Positions 20,432-21,555 of a stretch of 21,555 bases of DNA are shown here, in pieces (position 1 is the stretch's first letter; the number at the start of each line of letters is the position of its first letter). The notes beneath the pieces were generated by a model. The model did not search any database, had not been told where the DNA came from, and was given only the letters and a program-made list of their open reading frames with translations. The translations under genes were made by a program, and so were the position numbers. This DNA comes from Atractiella rhizophila (Eukaryota), in the NCBI GenBank assembly GCA_021432655.1, contig MU271360.1, positions 62,001 to 83,555 on the forward strand, in the 5' to 3' direction.

Positions 20432-21487
20432 ATGTCTTCGTTAGACAAACTAGAGAAAGAGGCTGGAGATGTTGCACAAGAGGTGACAGAGGGGAAGATT
20501 GAGTGTGTTGCTTCCCTTTTCTCCGAAAAGAAGTAGGCACTTGACAGTCACCATAATCTTGGACACCAGCACGAAGGACACGAAACTTCGCTACCTCGCT
20601 TTTTTCGCGCGTATCAGACCAATCGTTCAACCTGCAGCAAGATATTTTGCATACACCGTAAGTTTTTCCACTACTCAACGTTGCCTTGATGTGTGACGTA
20701 GTGGCTAGTCGGATGTCGGGGAAGCTTTCCGACCAGTTGTGAAGCCTGCTGTTGTCACTGGTGCTTATGGTATCTCTTGGCTCTACGTGCTGGGAGATGT
20801 TGCATACGAAGGCTAGTCTCATTATCTATTTTTAATATTCTCAGCTTGATGTGCATTACAGGCTACAAAGCCCACCGCTCGCTTCGGCCACCAATCCACC
20901 ACCTCCCCTCCTCCCATGGCTCGCTCCCCATCTCCATCCCCATCCTAAAGGACAAGTCTGACTCTCAGTTCCTCACAAGTGGGGAGAAGAACACTTTCAT
21001 TGGACTCAGAGTGGCAGAAAGAGCAGTCTTTCAGGCGACTGCCTCCATGCTGTTCCCTGCTCTTACTATCCATTCGTGCGTGCACTTTTCCTGCTCTTCT
21101 ATATTTCTGAGCTCCGAAGAACACGCGTTGTAACATTGATATCGCGCTGTATGGGTTTAGGGTCGTCAAGTACTCCGCGAAAGCTCTCAAGCGGTCCAAT
21201 GTTCAGTCTGCCTTCTTGAAAGCGTGGGGACCAACGTCTCTGGGGCTTCTCACGATCCCTGCGCTCCCCTTCATCTTCGAGTTTGCTCTCTCTTCACCAC
21301 CTTGATTACCGCTGATGACAAAATGATTTTCAATAGTGAACCCGTGGAGAAGGTGGTCTCTACCAGCTTCGGTAAGATTGAAGAGATGGTGTTGCATGAG
21401 GAAGTGAGGAGAAGATTGGAGCATCATTTGAAGGTTCAAGATATTAAGGAGAAAGAGAAAGAGCTAAAGAAGAAGGAGGAGTTGTAA
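20432..21487 (+). CDS. MTP18: Mitochondrial 18 kDa protein / mitochondrial fission process protein 1 (MTP18/MTFP1), 6 exons
   Basis: DTKLRYLAF, RYFAYT|SDVGEAFRPVV, AYGISWLYVLGDVAYEG, AERAVFQATASMLFPALTIHS, WGPTSLGLLTIPALPFIFD|EPVE; TAA at 21485-21487. Confidence 0.9.
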
Positions 21488-21555
21488 CATGTGAGTTTGA
21501 CATAGATTCAATGCCTGGACCCAAAACACTTCTTGAAAGTTCTGTAGATATTTCC

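Overview
Gene-dense, intron-rich fungal genomic DNA, very likely basidiomycete (short introns of about 45-60 nt, a FunK1-type kinase, basidiomycete-like eIF3k). Spliced gene models built by hand, in order: pyruvate kinase 3' end (+), DUF1749 alpha/beta hydrolase (-), phosphomannomutase copy A (+), secreted GH3 beta-glucosidase (+, spans a 703-N gap), uroporphyrinogen-III synthase (-), eIF3k (-), complex I NDUFB11/ESSS subunit (+), a decaying tandem pair of fungal-type (FunK1) protein kinase genes (-), NUS1-like cis-prenyltransferase subunit (+), phosphomannomutase copy B (+), secreted DUF3455 protein (-) and MTP18/MTFP1 (+). The best lead is the second, intact PMM paralog. It has the same five introns and about 80% amino-acid identity, but carries changes in the catalytic core motifs (DVDGT to DVDET, TPAR to TKAR, GGSD to GGSN) while the cap/dimer segment is almost unchanged. 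Other items: a conserved leader element upstream of both PMMs, a 272-bp eIF3k duplication joined by poly(A) that is probably two haplotypes, kinase pseudogenisation, and GC-AG and AAG splice sites. No tRNA, rRNA, CRISPR array or transposase was recognised. All family assignments are from motif recognition, not database searches.
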